DNA of 64,000 nucleotides, from assembly GCA_963811085.1 (NCBI GenBank), contig CAWEPV010000010.1, forward strand, positions 35,399 through 99,398, read 5' to 3'. The number at the start of each line of letters is the position of its first letter. Position 1 is the first letter of the stretch. This DNA is from an uncultured beta proteobacterium (GTDB lineage: Bacteria > Pseudomonadota > Gammaproteobacteria > Burkholderiales > SG8-39). The translations under genes and the position numbers were made by a program. The notes under the pieces were generated by a model that saw only the letters and a program-made list of their open reading frames with translations, was not told the DNA's origin and searched no databases. Shown in pieces: positions 1 to 10,375 of the stretch.

Positions 1-1
1 C

Positions 2-172
2 GCCCACCAGGCCGAGCGTCTCCCCAGCGCGGAGGGAGAAGCTGACGTCGTCGACCGCCTTGACCGTCGCTACCACCTTGCGAATCATCACCCCCTCGGT
101 CACCGGGAAGTGCATCTTGAGGTTCTTCACCTCGAGCAGCGGGTGCTGCGACGACGCCGGCCCCGCGCTCAC
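2..172 (-). CDS. Oligopeptide/dipeptide ABC transporter ATP-binding protein (OppF/DppF-like), 5' part only, runs off window
   Basis: GTG overlaps the upstream stop (GTGA); translation [13 protein letters not shown]...[21 protein letters not shown] is a typical OppF N-terminus. Confidence 0.85.
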   Translation of the reverse strand, partial: MSAGPASSQHPLLEVKNLKMHFPVTEGVMIRKVVATVKAVDDVSFSLRAGETLGLVG

Positions 173-1167
173 GAGGCCACCTTGAGCATCCGTGCCAGCC
201 GGTTTCTCTCGAAGCAGGCGGAATTATGGCCGGGGCCCACCTGCTCGAGCTCGGGGTCTTCGTGCGCGCAGCGCTCCGCGGCGAAGCTGCAGCGCGGACG
301 GTAGGCGCAGCCCCTGATCTCGCGCGTCAGATCCGGCGGCTGGCCGTCGATCGGGATCAGCTTCTCCCCCCGCGGCCGGTCCATGCGCGGCACGCTGCGC
401 AGCAGCCCGAGCGTGTAAGGGTGCATCGGGCGATGGTAAATGTCGGCAGCGGTGCCGCTCTCGACGATCCGGCCGGCGTACATCACGTTGACGCGGTCGG
501 CGTAGCGCGCCACGACGCCCAGGTTGTGGGTGATGACGACCAGCGCCACGCCGAAGCGCTTGGTGAGGTCCTTCATCAGCTCCAGGATCTGGGCCTGGAT
601 CGTCACGTCGAGCGCGGTGGTCGGCTCGTCGGCGATGATCAGCTTGGGCTTGCACGACATGGCGAGCGCGATCATCACGCGCTGGCGCATGCCGCCGCTC
701 AGGTGATGCGGGTACTGGTCCAGGCGCCGGCCGGGCTCCGAGATGCCGACCATGCCGAGCAGTTCGACCGCGCGCAGCCTGGCCTGCGCGGGCGTCAGCT
801 TGAGGTGGAACTCCATCGTCTCGCACAGCTGCAGCCCGATCGTCAGCACCGGGTTGAGCGAGGTCATCGGTTCCTGGAACACCATCGCGATCTGGCCGCC
901 GCGCACGGCGTGCAGCCTCTCGTCGCTCATCGCCAGCAGATCCTCGCCGCGGAAGTGGATGCTGCCGCCCACCACGCGCCCCGGGGGATCCGGGATCAGG
1001 CGCAGCACGGACAGCGCGCCGACCGACTTGCCGCAGCCGGACTCGCCCACGATGCCGACCGTCTCGCCCTCCTCCACCGTGTACGAAACTCCGTCGACCG
1101 CACGCACCGTTCCGGCCGAGGTCTCGAACTGCGTGCGCAGATCCTTTACTTCGAGCAGCATCGCCAT
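169..1167 (-). CDS. Oligopeptide/dipeptide ABC transporter ATP-binding protein (OppD/DppD-like)
   Basis: Walker [17 protein letters not shown] signature, [12 protein letters not shown]-terminal HPYT and Cys-rich tail; start placed at [10 protein letters not shown]. Confidence 0.93.
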   Translation of the reverse strand: MAMLLEVKDLRTQFETSAGTVRAVDGVSYTVEEGETVGIVGESGCGKSVGALSVLRLIPDPPGRVVGGSIHFRGEDLLAMSDERLHAVRGGQIAMVFQEPMTSLNPVLTIGLQLCETMEFHLKLTPAQARLRAVELLGMVGISEPGRRLDQYPHHLSGGMRQRVMIALAMSCKPKLIIADEPTTALDVTIQAQILELMKDLTKRFGVALVVITHNLGVVARYADRVNVMYAGRIVESGTAADIYHRPMHPYTLGLLRSVPRMDRPRGEKLIPIDGQPPDLTREIRGCAYRPRCSFAAERCAHEDPELEQVGPGHNSACFERNRLARMLKVAS

Positions 1168-1256
1168 TCTTGTCTGTCTCTCGCTCGCCCTTCTGGAATG
1201 GGGCGTCGGGGCTGAACCGTAAGCGGCTTTTCGGCGCGCGTCAATCGCGCGACAGC

Positions 1257-2022
1257 TCAGTCGTCCCAGGCCTTTTCGGGCAGCGGCAGCCCGGCCAGGT
1301 CCTCGGGCGTGAGCTTGCCGTCGGGCTCGATGCCGAGCTCGCCCAGCAGCAGCATCAACTGGCGCGCGTGCTGCGCGGGGTGCCATGCGCTGCGCTCGAG
1401 CACCTCGTGCACGCGGTGGCGGCCGAAGTAGGTGTCCATCATCTGTCCACAGCTGCTGTCGGGGTAAGTCGCCCACCATTGCCGCACTGCGGCGCGTACG
1501 CCCTCGCCGTAGCTCGCGATGTCCGCGCTGGTGCGCAGCGTCTCTGCGGGCGGCTGCATGATCAGTTCGTAGGTCAGCTCACGGCGCTCCTGCATCGCTT
1601 CGACAAAGGCCTCGGGAATCCGGAACACGTGATGGGCGAGCAGCCGGATCGGCCGGTTGCGGTTGCGGAACGGCTGCTCGAGCCTGTCGGCCGGAATCTG
1701 GCGCACGTAGCGCGTCGCCGCGGAGAGCACCAGGTCGAGCTTGTCGATCAGCTGCTGCGGTGAGAGCTTGTCGTGCAGCTTGATGTCGAGCTCGAGAAAA
1801 CGCACCACGTCGGTCAGCGACTGCGCGAAAACGAACTCCTTGCCGCGCGCCACGATCGGCACGCTGCGCCCCAAGCTCGCGCAGCGCCTGCATTCCGGCG
1901 TCGTTGCCGTGCACGTTAATCGACTCGTAGTCGACCCCGTGCCGGGTGAGAAACTCCTTTGTTCTCAGGCAGCTCGTGCATCCCGGCTGCCAGAACACCC
2001 TGACGCGCTCGGCCGTCTCCAT
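1257..2022 (-). pseudogene. Glutaredoxin-like (CTSC) + DinB-like fusion protein, frameshifted near 1870 (real lesion or sequencing error)
   Basis: ORF 1579..2022 gives WQPGCTSCLRTKEFL...RELG; ORF 1257..1874 continues RSVPIV...LAHHVF...WHPAQHARQL; strong GGAGG RBS upstream of 2022. Confidence 0.75.
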
Positions 2023-2058
2023 AGTCCACCCTCCTCCAAATGCGAATTATGATCTCAT

Positions 2059-3063
2059 ATGGCCGCGAAAGACCCCATGCGCAGCTCCCACCGCCTGTGC
2101 GCGGCCCCCATGATGGACTGGACCGACCGGCACTGCCGCTATTTCCTGCGCCAGTGCGCGCCGCACGCGTTCCTGTACACCGAGATGATCACCACCGGCG
2201 CACTGCTGCACGGCGACGCCGCGCGCCACCTCGCGTTCGATCCGGCCGAGCATCCAGTCGCGGCGCAGCTCGGCGGCAGCGAGCCCGACGAGCTCGCTGC
2301 CTGCGCGCGCATGGTCGAGGGCGCGAGCTACGACGAGGTGAACCTCAACATCGGCTGCCCCAGCGAACGCGTGCAGCGCGGCGCCTTCGGCGCCTGCCTG
2401 ATGGCCGAGCCTGAGCTGGTGGCCGACTGCGTGCGCGCGATGCGCGAAGCGGTCTCGATCCCGGTGACGGTAAAGCATCGGATCGGAATAGACAAAAGCC
2501 AGGATTATTCTTTTGTTCAGCGCTTCGTCTCCATGGTTGCCACTGCCGGCTGCACGACGTTCATCGTGCACGCGCGCAACGCGGTGCTCAAAGGCCTCTC
2601 GCCCAAGGAAAACCGCGAGATTCCGCCGCTGCGCTACGAGGTGGTGCATCGGCTCAAGCGCGACTTTCCCGCGCTCGCCTTCGTCGTCAACGGCGGCCTC
2701 GCCGACTGGCCCGCGATCGAGGCCCAGCTCGCCGCGGTCGACGGCGTGATGCTGGGGCGCGCGGCCTACCACCAGCCCTGGCTGCTGGCCGAGGCCGACG
2801 CGCGCCTCTACCGCGCCGGCGTCCTGCCGAAAACCCGCGCCGAGGTCGCGCAGGCGATGGCGGACTACGCCGCGCGCCAGGTCGCCGGCGGCGTCGCGCT
2901 GCGCCATATCACGCGCCACATGCTCGGCCTGTACCACCATGCGCCGCGCGCCCGCCTGTGGCGCCGCATGCTGTCCGATCCCGCGCGCCTGGCGCGCAAC
3001 GACCCGGCGCTGCTGCTCGAAGCGCTCGAAACGGTCGAGTCCGGCCTGGAGCAGGCGGCCTGA
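2059..3063 (+). CDS. dusA: tRNA dihydrouridine(20/20a) synthase DusA
   Basis: APMMDWTDRHCRYF, NLNIGCPSERVQ, GLSPKENREIPPLRY motifs; start could be 2077. Confidence 0.93.
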   Translation: MAAKDPMRSSHRLCAAPMMDWTDRHCRYFLRQCAPHAFLYTEMITTGALLHGDAARHLAFDPAEHPVAAQLGGSEPDELAACARMVEGASYDEVNLNIGCPSERVQRGAFGACLMAEPELVADCVRAMREAVSIPVTVKHRIGIDKSQDYSFVQRFVSMVATAGCTTFIVHARNAVLKGLSPKENREIPPLRYEVVHRLKRDFPALAFVVNGGLADWPAIEAQLAAVDGVMLGRAAYHQPWLLAEADARLYRAGVLPKTRAEVAQAMADYAARQVAGGVALRHITRHMLGLYHHAPRARLWRRMLSDPARLARNDPALLLEALETVESGLEQAA

Positions 3064-3098
3064 TGCCGCGTATCATGCCCGCTGCCAAGGAGAATCCG

Positions 3099-3878
3099 AT
3101 GACCGCAAAGCTCAAGACTGTCGAATCGCCTTCGCTGCGCGACCGCGTGAGCGACGAGGAATGGCAGGTGCGTGTCGACCTGGCCGCGGCCTACCAGCTC
3201 GCGGCGCAGCTGCGCTGGACCGACCTGATCTACACCCATTTCTCGGCCCGTATCCCCGGCACCGAGCACCTGCTGATCAACGCCTACGGCCTGATGTTCG
3301 ACGAGATCACCGCCTCGAACCTGGTCAAGATCGACATCGACGGCGAGATCCTGGACGACCCGCTCGAATACGGCATCAACCAGGCCGGCTACGTGATCCA
3401 CAGCTGCGTGCACAAGGCGCGGCCCGAGATCGGCTGCGTGATCCACACCCACACTCGCGCCGGGGTCGCGGTCTCGGCGATGAAGTGCGGCCTGCTGCCG
3501 ATCAGCCAGCACGCGATGCGCGTGCACGGCGAGCTCACCTATCACGACTACGAGGGAATCGCGCTCGAGCTGGACGAGCAGACGCGCATGGCGCGCGACC
3601 TCGGAAAAACGTCCAAGGCAATGATCCTCAGGAACCACGGCCTGCTCGCGCTGGGCGAGAGTGTGCGCGAGGCCTTCGAGGTGATGTACTACCTCGACTG
3701 CGCCTGCCAGATCCAGGTCGACGCCGTGGCGGGTGGAATGGAGAACGTGCTCTTGATGTCCGAGCGCGCGGCCGCGACCGCCGACGAGCAGTTCCACCGC
3801 ACCGACCGCTCGGCGCAACACAAGGACTGGCCGGCGCTGCTGCGCCTGCTCGAGCGCAAAGGCATCCGCTACCAATAA
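3099..3878 (+). CDS. Class II aldolase/adducin family protein
   Basis: RVDLAAAY, THFSAR, CVIHTHT, ILRNHGLL motifs; AAGGAG RBS. Confidence 0.9.
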   Translation: MTAKLKTVESPSLRDRVSDEEWQVRVDLAAAYQLAAQLRWTDLIYTHFSARIPGTEHLLINAYGLMFDEITASNLVKIDIDGEILDDPLEYGINQAGYVIHSCVHKARPEIGCVIHTHTRAGVAVSAMKCGLLPISQHAMRVHGELTYHDYEGIALELDEQTRMARDLGKTSKAMILRNHGLLALGESVREAFEVMYYLDCACQIQVDAVAGGMENVLLMSERAAATADEQFHRTDRSAQHKDWPALLRLLERKGIRYQ

Positions 3879-3888
3879 GGAAAGAAAA

Positions 3889-4878
3889 ATGCTCGCAACC
3901 CGGTTCTCTTCTTTCGGCAGGCCCGACGCGGTCATCGAGCTCGTCGAGCAGCCCGACCCCGGCGAGCCCGGCGCGGGCGAGGTGATCATCGACGCCGAGC
4001 TGTTCCCGATCAATCCCGCCGACCTGCTCAACCTCGAAGGCCGCTACGGCTCGGCGCAGCCGACGCTGCCGCAGATCCCGGGCGCAGAAGGCGTCGGGCG
4101 CATCGCCACGGCCGGCGCCGGTGTGACTCACGTCAAGCCGGGCGACCGCGTGCTGTTGCCCGGGCCCGGGACCTGGCGCTCACGCCTCAAGGCGCCGGCC
4201 AAGGCGGTGTTCGCGCTGCCCGAGGGCATCGACCCGCAGCAGCTCGCGATGCTGCGCGTCAACCCGCCCACCGCCTGGCTGATGCTGCACGAGTACGTCG
4301 CGCCCAAGCCCGGCCAGTGGTTGGTGCAGAACGCCGCCAACTCGGGCGTCGGCACTTGCCTGATCCGGCTCGCGCGCGAAGTCGGTGCCAAGAGCGTGAA
4401 CGTGGTGCGGCGCGCCGAGCTCGCTGAGCCGCTGCGCGCCCTCGGCGCCGATGTCGTGCTGACCGACGGCCCTGATCTCGATACCCGCGTTCGCGCCGCG
4501 ATCGGCGGCGGCGCGCTGCCGCTCGCGATCGACGCGGTCGGCGGCTCGGCTACCCAGCGTCTGGCGCGCTGCGTCGACGACGGCGGCACGGTGGTCAACT
4601 ACGGCGTGCTGAGCGGCGAGGCCTGTATGGTCGACGGCCGCGAGACCGTATTCCGCGACGTCTGCCTGCGCGGTTTCTGGCTGCGGCGCTGGTTCATGCA
4701 GACCCCGCCGGAGAAGATCGGCGCACTCTACCGCGACCTCGCGACGCGCCTCGGCGACGGCCGCCTCGCGGTCGAGGTCGAGGAGGTCTACCCCATCCGC
4801 CGCATCAAGGAAGCCCTCGCCCACGCCGCGCGCGGCGGGCGCGGCGGCAAGATCCTGGTCTCGTTCGACGCCGCCTAG
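3889..4878 (+). CDS. MDR-family oxidoreductase, 2-enoyl thioester reductase (ETR)-like
   Basis: PINPADL, GAEGVG, VNPPTA, QNAANSGVG motifs. Confidence 0.85.
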   Translation: MLATRFSSFGRPDAVIELVEQPDPGEPGAGEVIIDAELFPINPADLLNLEGRYGSAQPTLPQIPGAEGVGRIATAGAGVTHVKPGDRVLLPGPGTWRSRLKAPAKAVFALPEGIDPQQLAMLRVNPPTAWLMLHEYVAPKPGQWLVQNAANSGVGTCLIRLAREVGAKSVNVVRRAELAEPLRALGADVVLTDGPDLDTRVRAAIGGGALPLAIDAVGGSATQRLARCVDDGGTVVNYGVLSGEACMVDGRETVFRDVCLRGFWLRRWFMQTPPEKIGALYRDLATRLGDGRLAVEVEEVYPIRRIKEALAHAARGGRGGKILVSFDAA

Positions 4879-4889
4879 CGGCGGGGGGT

Positions 4890-5660
4890 TCAGAAGATCG
4901 TGTAGGCGCCGTCGATCACGAAGCTGTCGCCGGTGTGGTAGGCGCTCGCGTCGCTCATCAGGTAGACCGCGATGCCGGCGAAATCCTCCTTCGCGCCCCA
5001 GCGCCGCAGCGGGATGCGCGGCATGACCGCGCCGGCGAACTTCGCATCGCCCATCGCGCGCGCGGTCATATCGGTCTCGATCCAGCCCGGCAGGATGGAA
5101 TTCGCGGTCACCTTGTAGCGCGCGAGCTCGACCGCCAGCGCGCGCACCACGGCGAGCATGGCGCCCTTGCTCGCGGCGTAGGCCTGGGCGCGGGCCGCGC
5201 CGTGCACCGCCGCGGTGCTCGCCATGCCGATGAGGCGCCCGCCGGCGTCGCCCGCCTTGGCGCGCGCCACCATGTGGCGCGCCGCGGCGCGCAGCGTATA
5301 GAACGCGCCGTCGAGATTGACCCCCAGCACGCGCTTCCACTCCGCGCTTTCGAGCTCGTGGAAGGGGCCGTGCTTCTGCGACACGCCCGCGTTGGCGAAG
5401 CAGCCGTCGATGCGGCCCATGGTCTTCAGCGCGGCCGCGAACGCATCCTCAACCTGCGCCTCGTCGGCGACGTCGCAGCGCTGCACCAGTACGCGCACCT
5501 TGTGCGCCCGCAAGACCTTCTCCGCCGCGGCGTTCTTGTCCGGGTTGCTGCCCCAGATGGCGAGGTCGCAGCCGGCCTTGGCCAGCCCTTCGGCCATCCC
5601 GAGGCCGATGCCGCCGTTGCCCCCGGTGACCAGCGCCACCTTGCCGCGCAGGTCGGTCAC
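4890..5660 (-). CDS. SDR family NAD(P)-dependent oxidoreductase
   Basis: TGGNGGIG, YAASK, NSILPGWIETDM; GTG start overlaps MFS stop. Confidence 0.9.
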   Translation of the reverse strand: MTDLRGKVALVTGGNGGIGLGMAEGLAKAGCDLAIWGSNPDKNAAAEKVLRAHKVRVLVQRCDVADEAQVEDAFAAALKTMGRIDGCFANAGVSQKHGPFHELESAEWKRVLGVNLDGAFYTLRAAARHMVARAKAGDAGGRLIGMASTAAVHGAARAQAYAASKGAMLAVVRALAVELARYKVTANSILPGWIETDMTARAMGDAKFAGAVMPRIPLRRWGAKEDFAGIAVYLMSDASAYHTGDSFVIDGAYTIF

Positions 5661-6880
5661 GGCGCGGCCTGCGCTTGCGCCTGCCGCGCCTGCCCGGGGA
5701 GCTGCAGCACGGTGGCGATGGTGAGCAGCAAGGCGACGAACACGGTGAAGAACACGCCCTGCGCCAGGTGCCGGTCGAGCAGCCAGCCATAGAACACCGG
5801 GGTGACCATCGCGCCCAGGTCGAGCCCCGAGTAGACGAACCCGTACACCTTGCCGGTCGAGCCGCGCGGCGTGGCGCCGCGCACCAGCAGGTCGCGTGAA
5901 GGGTTGGTAATGCCGGAGCAGAAGCCCGCCAGCGCCAGCACCGGCGCGAGCAGCGCGGGGGTGAGCGCGCCGAGCGCGAGCGATAGCACAAGCATCGCGG
6001 CGGCAAGCATGCCGCCGGCGGCGACCAGGTCGTGGCGCGCAGTGCGGGTGGCGACCCAGCCGCCGGCGAGGATGCCGGCCGCGCCGCCGAGCAGGAACGC
6101 TGTCAGCGCCGAAGAGGCGAGCGCGACCGGCGCGGCGTACAGCGCGCTGAGGCTCGCGACGCCGAAGGTCTGCATGCCGGTGAGCCCGACCGAGAACAGG
6201 AAGAAGAAGAAGAAGCACATCAGCACCGGCGCCGCGGTGAGCACCCGCACGTCGCCGGCCAGGCTCGGCGCCGGCGCGCCCGCCGCGGGGCGGCGCAGCT
6301 CGACCGATATCGCCTCGCGCTGCGTGAGCAGCACGCCGATCATGACGATGCCGAGCGAGGCGGCGGCGAGCAGCGCCGCGTGCCAGCCGTAGGCGGCGGA
6401 AATGCCGACGCAGAACAGCGGCGCGAGCGCCCAGCCGAGGTTGCCGCCGATGCCGTGGAAGCTAAAGGCGTAGCCCAGGCGCGCGCTGTCGACGCGCGCG
6501 TTGAGAATCGCGAAGTCGGCCGGGTGGAACACGCTGTTGCCCACGCCGGCGATGAGCGCCGCGACGAGCAGCAGCGGGTAGACGTGCGCCAGGCCCGCGA
6601 GCAGAATCCCGCCCGAGCACAGCGCGAGCCCGCCCACCAGCACGCGGCGCGCGCCGAAGCGGTCGACCGCGAACCCCGCCAGCGTCTGGCACACGCCCGA
6701 CATGACGTAGTACAGCGCCGAGGCCGCGCCGAGCTCGGCGTAGGACACTCCCAGGTCGGCCTTGATGAGCGGAAACAGCACCGGGATCACGAGCTGATAG
6801 AAGTGCGACAGCGAATGCGCACTCGCGATCAGGCCGATTACCTTGACGTCCTCGCGCAATGGGCGGGCGGCGGCGTGCAT
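5657..6880 (-). CDS. MFS transporter (Fsr-like)
   Basis: About 12 hydrophobic segments, DRFGARR motif A, GNSVFHP. Confidence 0.88.
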   Translation of the reverse strand: MHAAARPLREDVKVIGLIASAHSLSHFYQLVIPVLFPLIKADLGVSYAELGAASALYYVMSGVCQTLAGFAVDRFGARRVLVGGLALCSGGILLAGLAHVYPLLLVAALIAGVGNSVFHPADFAILNARVDSARLGYAFSFHGIGGNLGWALAPLFCVGISAAYGWHAALLAAASLGIVMIGVLLTQREAISVELRRPAAGAPAPSLAGDVRVLTAAPVLMCFFFFFLFSVGLTGMQTFGVASLSALYAAPVALASSALTAFLLGGAAGILAGGWVATRTARHDLVAAGGMLAAAMLVLSLALGALTPALLAPVLALAGFCSGITNPSRDLLVRGATPRGSTGKVYGFVYSGLDLGAMVTPVFYGWLLDRHLAQGVFFTVFVALLLTIATVLQLPGQARQAQAQAAP

Positions 6881-6884
6881 TCGC

Positions 6885-7655
6885 CTAGGCTACCGCAATG
6901 CGATCGACAAAGTGCGAAACGGCCGCGAGCGTCGCCTCGGGCTGGTCGCGGAACGGGCTGTGGCCGCAGCGCTCGAGCTCGACCAGCTCGCAGGGACCCT
7001 TGACCTTGAGCGCGGTCGCGCGCAGCTGCGCCATGGTGCCGTATTGGTCGTCGCGACCCTGGATCGCGAGCACCGGGCAATCGACGCCCGGCAGATATTC
7101 TTCGATGTTCCAGTCCAGGAACTCGGGGTCGAGCCAGACGTCGTTCCACAAGTAAAACGAGCGCCGCGGGTCGCGGTGGTACTTTCCCAGGCGCTGCGCC
7201 AGGTCGGTGGTCTCGAACTCGCGCTTGGCCTGCTCGATGCTGCGGATGCAGATCTCCTCGACGAACACGTGCGGCGCCATCAGCGCCAGCGCGCGCACAG
7301 GGTTGCCGGCGCCGGCGTAGATGAGCGCGATCGACGCGCCGTCGGAATGCCCGACCAGGATCGGCGCGCGGATTCCGGTCTCGGCCAGCACCGCCGGCAG
7401 CGCCTCGAGCGCCTCCTCGTGCATGAAGCGCACGCTGCGGCGCGGCTCCTCCAGCACGTCGGAGTGGCCGTAGCCGTAGCGGCTGTAGACCAGCGCCGGG
7501 CAGCCGGTGGCCTGCGTCACGCGCAGGGGGAAATCGCGCCACTGGCGGATCGAGCCGAGCCCTTCGTGCAGGAACACCAGCGCCGGCTTGCCCGGGTCGG
7601 CGGCTTCATGCCATTCGTATTCGAGCTTGTGCCCCGCGGCGGTGAGAAACGGCAT
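6885..7655 (-). CDS. Alpha/beta fold hydrolase
   Basis: FLHEGLGS, GHSDG nucleophile elbow, terminal GHSP. Confidence 0.88.
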   Translation of the reverse strand: MPFLTAAGHKLEYEWHEAADPGKPALVFLHEGLGSIRQWRDFPLRVTQATGCPALVYSRYGYGHSDVLEEPRRSVRFMHEEALEALPAVLAETGIRAPILVGHSDGASIALIYAGAGNPVRALALMAPHVFVEEICIRSIEQAKREFETTDLAQRLGKYHRDPRRSFYLWNDVWLDPEFLDWNIEEYLPGVDCPVLAIQGRDDQYGTMAQLRATALKVKGPCELVELERCGHSPFRDQPEATLAAVSHFVDRIAVA

Positions 7656-7692
7656 GCGCGCGAGAATATCATTCGCGCATAATGCGCGCTCG

Positions 7693-8592
7693 ATGCGCGC
7701 CGCGGCCTACCTGATCCTCATCGCCACCCTGATGCTCTGGTCCGGCAACTGGATCGTGGCGCGCGCCGTGCGCGCCGACATCGCGCCGGGCGTCGCCACC
7801 ATGGGGCGGCTCATGCTGGTGCTCACGGTGCTCTTGCCGCTGGTGTGGCGCACGCTGCCGGGCAAGCTGCGCGCGCTCGGGCCGCGCGACTGGCGGGTGC
7901 TCGCCGCGCTGGGCTTCTTCGGCGGCGGCCTGCACCTGGCGATGCAGTGGCTCGGGCTGCACTACACCACCGCCACCAGCGGCACGCTGTATCTCTCGAC
8001 CTCGCCGATCTTCATCCTCTTGCTCGCCGCGCCACTGCTCGGCGAGCCGATCCGGCGCCGACAGTGGATCGGCGTCGCGATCTCCTTCTGCGGCGTGATC
8101 GTGATCGCTACCCGCGGCAACCTGGAAGGCGCCGCAAACCTGTCGTTCAACGTCGGCGACCTGCTCGCGCTCGCCTCGATGGCGATGTGGGCGTCGTACA
8201 CCGTGTTCCTGCGCCTGCGCCGCGACGCGCTCAACACGCTCGAGTTCCTCACCGTGGTGTGCGTTTTCGGCATGTTCTGGATGACTCCGTGGGTGCTGTG
8301 GGAAATCGCGCACGGCACCCAGGTGCTGCTGTCAACGCCCGGCCTGCTCGCGGTGGCCTACTCCGCGATCGGCTCGCTCCTGCTCGCCTACGCCGGCTGG
8401 AGCTACGTCGTGACGCGGCTGGGCGCCGCGCGCGCCGGCGTCACCATGCACCTGATGCCCGCGTTGGGCGTGCTGATGGCGATGCTGTTCCTGGGCGAAG
8501 TGCCGCACTGGTTCCACTTCGCCGGCATGGCGCTGATCCTGACCGGCGTCGCGCTGTCCTCCTCGCGCGCGGACGCCGTCGCTCCCGCATGA
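7693..8592 (+). CDS. DMT/EamA family transporter
   Basis: LWSGNW start motif, two EamA-like hydrophobic repeats. Confidence 0.88.
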   Translation: MRAAAYLILIATLMLWSGNWIVARAVRADIAPGVATMGRLMLVLTVLLPLVWRTLPGKLRALGPRDWRVLAALGFFGGGLHLAMQWLGLHYTTATSGTLYLSTSPIFILLLAAPLLGEPIRRRQWIGVAISFCGVIVIATRGNLEGAANLSFNVGDLLALASMAMWASYTVFLRLRRDALNTLEFLTVVCVFGMFWMTPWVLWEIAHGTQVLLSTPGLLAVAYSAIGSLLLAYAGWSYVVTRLGAARAGVTMHLMPALGVLMAMLFLGEVPHWFHFAGMALILTGVALSSSRADAVAPA

Positions 8593-9215
8593 AGCCGGTC
8601 GCCTTCGACGCCGCGCTGCGCGCGCGCCTGACGCGCAATCTGGCCAGGAGCGAGCATGCGCCGCTGGCCGAGCGCGGCCTGAAGCGCGCCGCGGTGTGCA
8701 TCGTCGTCACCGACGACGGCCACGGCGAAGCTGCGCTGGTGCTGACCCGACGCGCCGAGCACCTGAGCACGCACTCGGGGCAGTTCGCGCTGCCCGGCGG
8801 ACGGGTCGAGCGCGGCGAGAGCACGCTCGATGCGGCGCGGCGCGAGGCGCACGAAGAGATCAACCTCGAGCTCGCGCCGGAGGATTTTCTCGGGCGCCTG
8901 GACGACTACCCGACGCGCTCGGGCTACCTCATCACCCCGCTGGTGGCCTGGTGCGGCGAAACGTCCCGCCTGGTGCCCAACCCGGTGGAAGTGGCGAAGA
9001 TCTACCACGTTCCGCTCGCCGATCTCGGTCGCCCGGGTTCGCCGGAGTTCGTTTCCATCCCCGAGTCCGAGCAGCCGGTGGTGCGCTACCCCCTGCTCGG
9101 CACCCTGATCCACGCCCCTACCGCGGCGGTGATGTACCAGTTCATGGAAGTCGCCCTGCTCGGGCGCGACACCCGCGTCGCGCACCTCGAGCAACCGGTC
9201 TGGGCCTGGCGCTAG
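8589..9215 (+). CDS. Nudix hydrolase, CoA pyrophosphatase type
   Basis: LTRR...HSGQFALPGG...ARREAHEEINL Nudix box; ATGA overlap with upstream gene. Confidence 0.88.
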   Translation: MKPVAFDAALRARLTRNLARSEHAPLAERGLKRAAVCIVVTDDGHGEAALVLTRRAEHLSTHSGQFALPGGRVERGESTLDAARREAHEEINLELAPEDFLGRLDDYPTRSGYLITPLVAWCGETSRLVPNPVEVAKIYHVPLADLGRPGSPEFVSIPESEQPVVRYPLLGTLIHAPTAAVMYQFMEVALLGRDTRVAHLEQPVWAWR

Positions 9216-9243
9216 GCTTCGGTTAGGTTTGTATGCTGGCACA

Positions 9244-9975
9244 ATGATCGAATCCATCCTGCTCACCGCGGCGCGCGTCGTCACGTTCGATAATCAACGC
9301 CGGCTGACCAACGCCAGTAGCTTCTTCTTCGAGCGCGACGGGCGCCTGTTCCTGGTGACGAGCCGGCACGTGATGAGCGATTCCTCGAGCAAGCACTTCC
9401 CGAACCGGATCGAAATCGAGCTGCACGTCGACCCGGACAACATGGCGCAGTCGATCGGGTTTTCGATCCCCCTCTACCGGGACGGCAAGAGCCTGTGGCG
9501 CCAGGGCCTCGACAGCGCGGGCGAGATCGACGTCGCGGTGATCGAGCTCGAGCGCGCCGCGCTGCCCGAAACGGCGGTCTACCGGGCGTTCACGCCCGCG
9601 CACCTGCCCGACTCGGGCAACCAGGTCGAGGTCGGCTCCTCGCTGCTGGTGGTCGGGTTCCCGCTCGGCTTTCACGACACGCTGCACCACATGCCGGTGG
9701 TGCGGCAGGCGGTGATCGCGTCCTCGTTCGGGCTGCGCTTCCAGGGCGAAGGCTATTTCCTCACCGACGCGCGCACCCACCGCGGCACCAGCGGCGCGCC
9801 GGTCGTACTGCGGGCGCCCGACGGGCAGCCGCCCGAGGGCGATCTGCCGTGGATCCTGCTCGGCGTGCATTCCGCGCGGCTGGACGTGGGCACGCGCGAC
9901 CTCAAGCTCGACGAGGCACTGGGCCTGAACTGCGCCTGGTACGCGGACATCCTGCTGACCCTCACCGAGAACTGA
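9244..9975 (+). CDS. Trypsin-like serine peptidase, no signal peptide
   Basis: Triad motifs VTSRHV, IDVAV, GTSGAPV. Confidence 0.8.
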   Translation: MIESILLTAARVVTFDNQRRLTNASSFFFERDGRLFLVTSRHVMSDSSSKHFPNRIEIELHVDPDNMAQSIGFSIPLYRDGKSLWRQGLDSAGEIDVAVIELERAALPETAVYRAFTPAHLPDSGNQVEVGSSLLVVGFPLGFHDTLHHMPVVRQAVIASSFGLRFQGEGYFLTDARTHRGTSGAPVVLRAPDGQPPEGDLPWILLGVHSARLDVGTRDLKLDEALGLNCAWYADILLTLTEN

Positions 9976-10168
9976 GCCCGGCGCCGGCGCTCTGCAGGTC
10001 GCGGCGCAGCAACTGCGCGACAGTCCGCGCGGACGAAATGCGCGCCGAAAGGGCGGCGGGCCAGACGTGCGCGGACTCTTCCATCGCCTTTGCCGCCCAT
10101 TGCAGCTGGCGTAGCGATTCCTCCAGCTCGTCGAATGCGGCGTCGATGTCGTTGGTTGAGCGTGGCAT
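9962..10168 (-). CDS. Small helical hypothetical protein (68 aa)
   Basis: ATG start with GAAGGA upstream; amphipathic-looking sequence filling the gap between genes. Confidence 0.45.
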   Translation of the reverse strand: MPRSTNDIDAAFDELEESLRQLQWAAKAMEESAHVWPAALSARISSARTVAQLLRRDLQSAGAGLSSR

Positions 10169-10375
10169 GGCGGGATCATCCTTCAGAGATTGAGCAAGGC
10201 GCCGACGCTGATCGCATCGGCGTGTGTTTCCGCTGTCTCATCTTTGCTTGTCGCAGCGGTGCGCTGTCAATCGAATTGCCGCGCTCGTCGCCGCCGGCCG
10301 ACGGTTTCCTGTCTCTTTTGCGCTATTTGGCTGCACCCTCTGTCGTCCGCTCACGACAGAAGTTAGGATTGCTTC

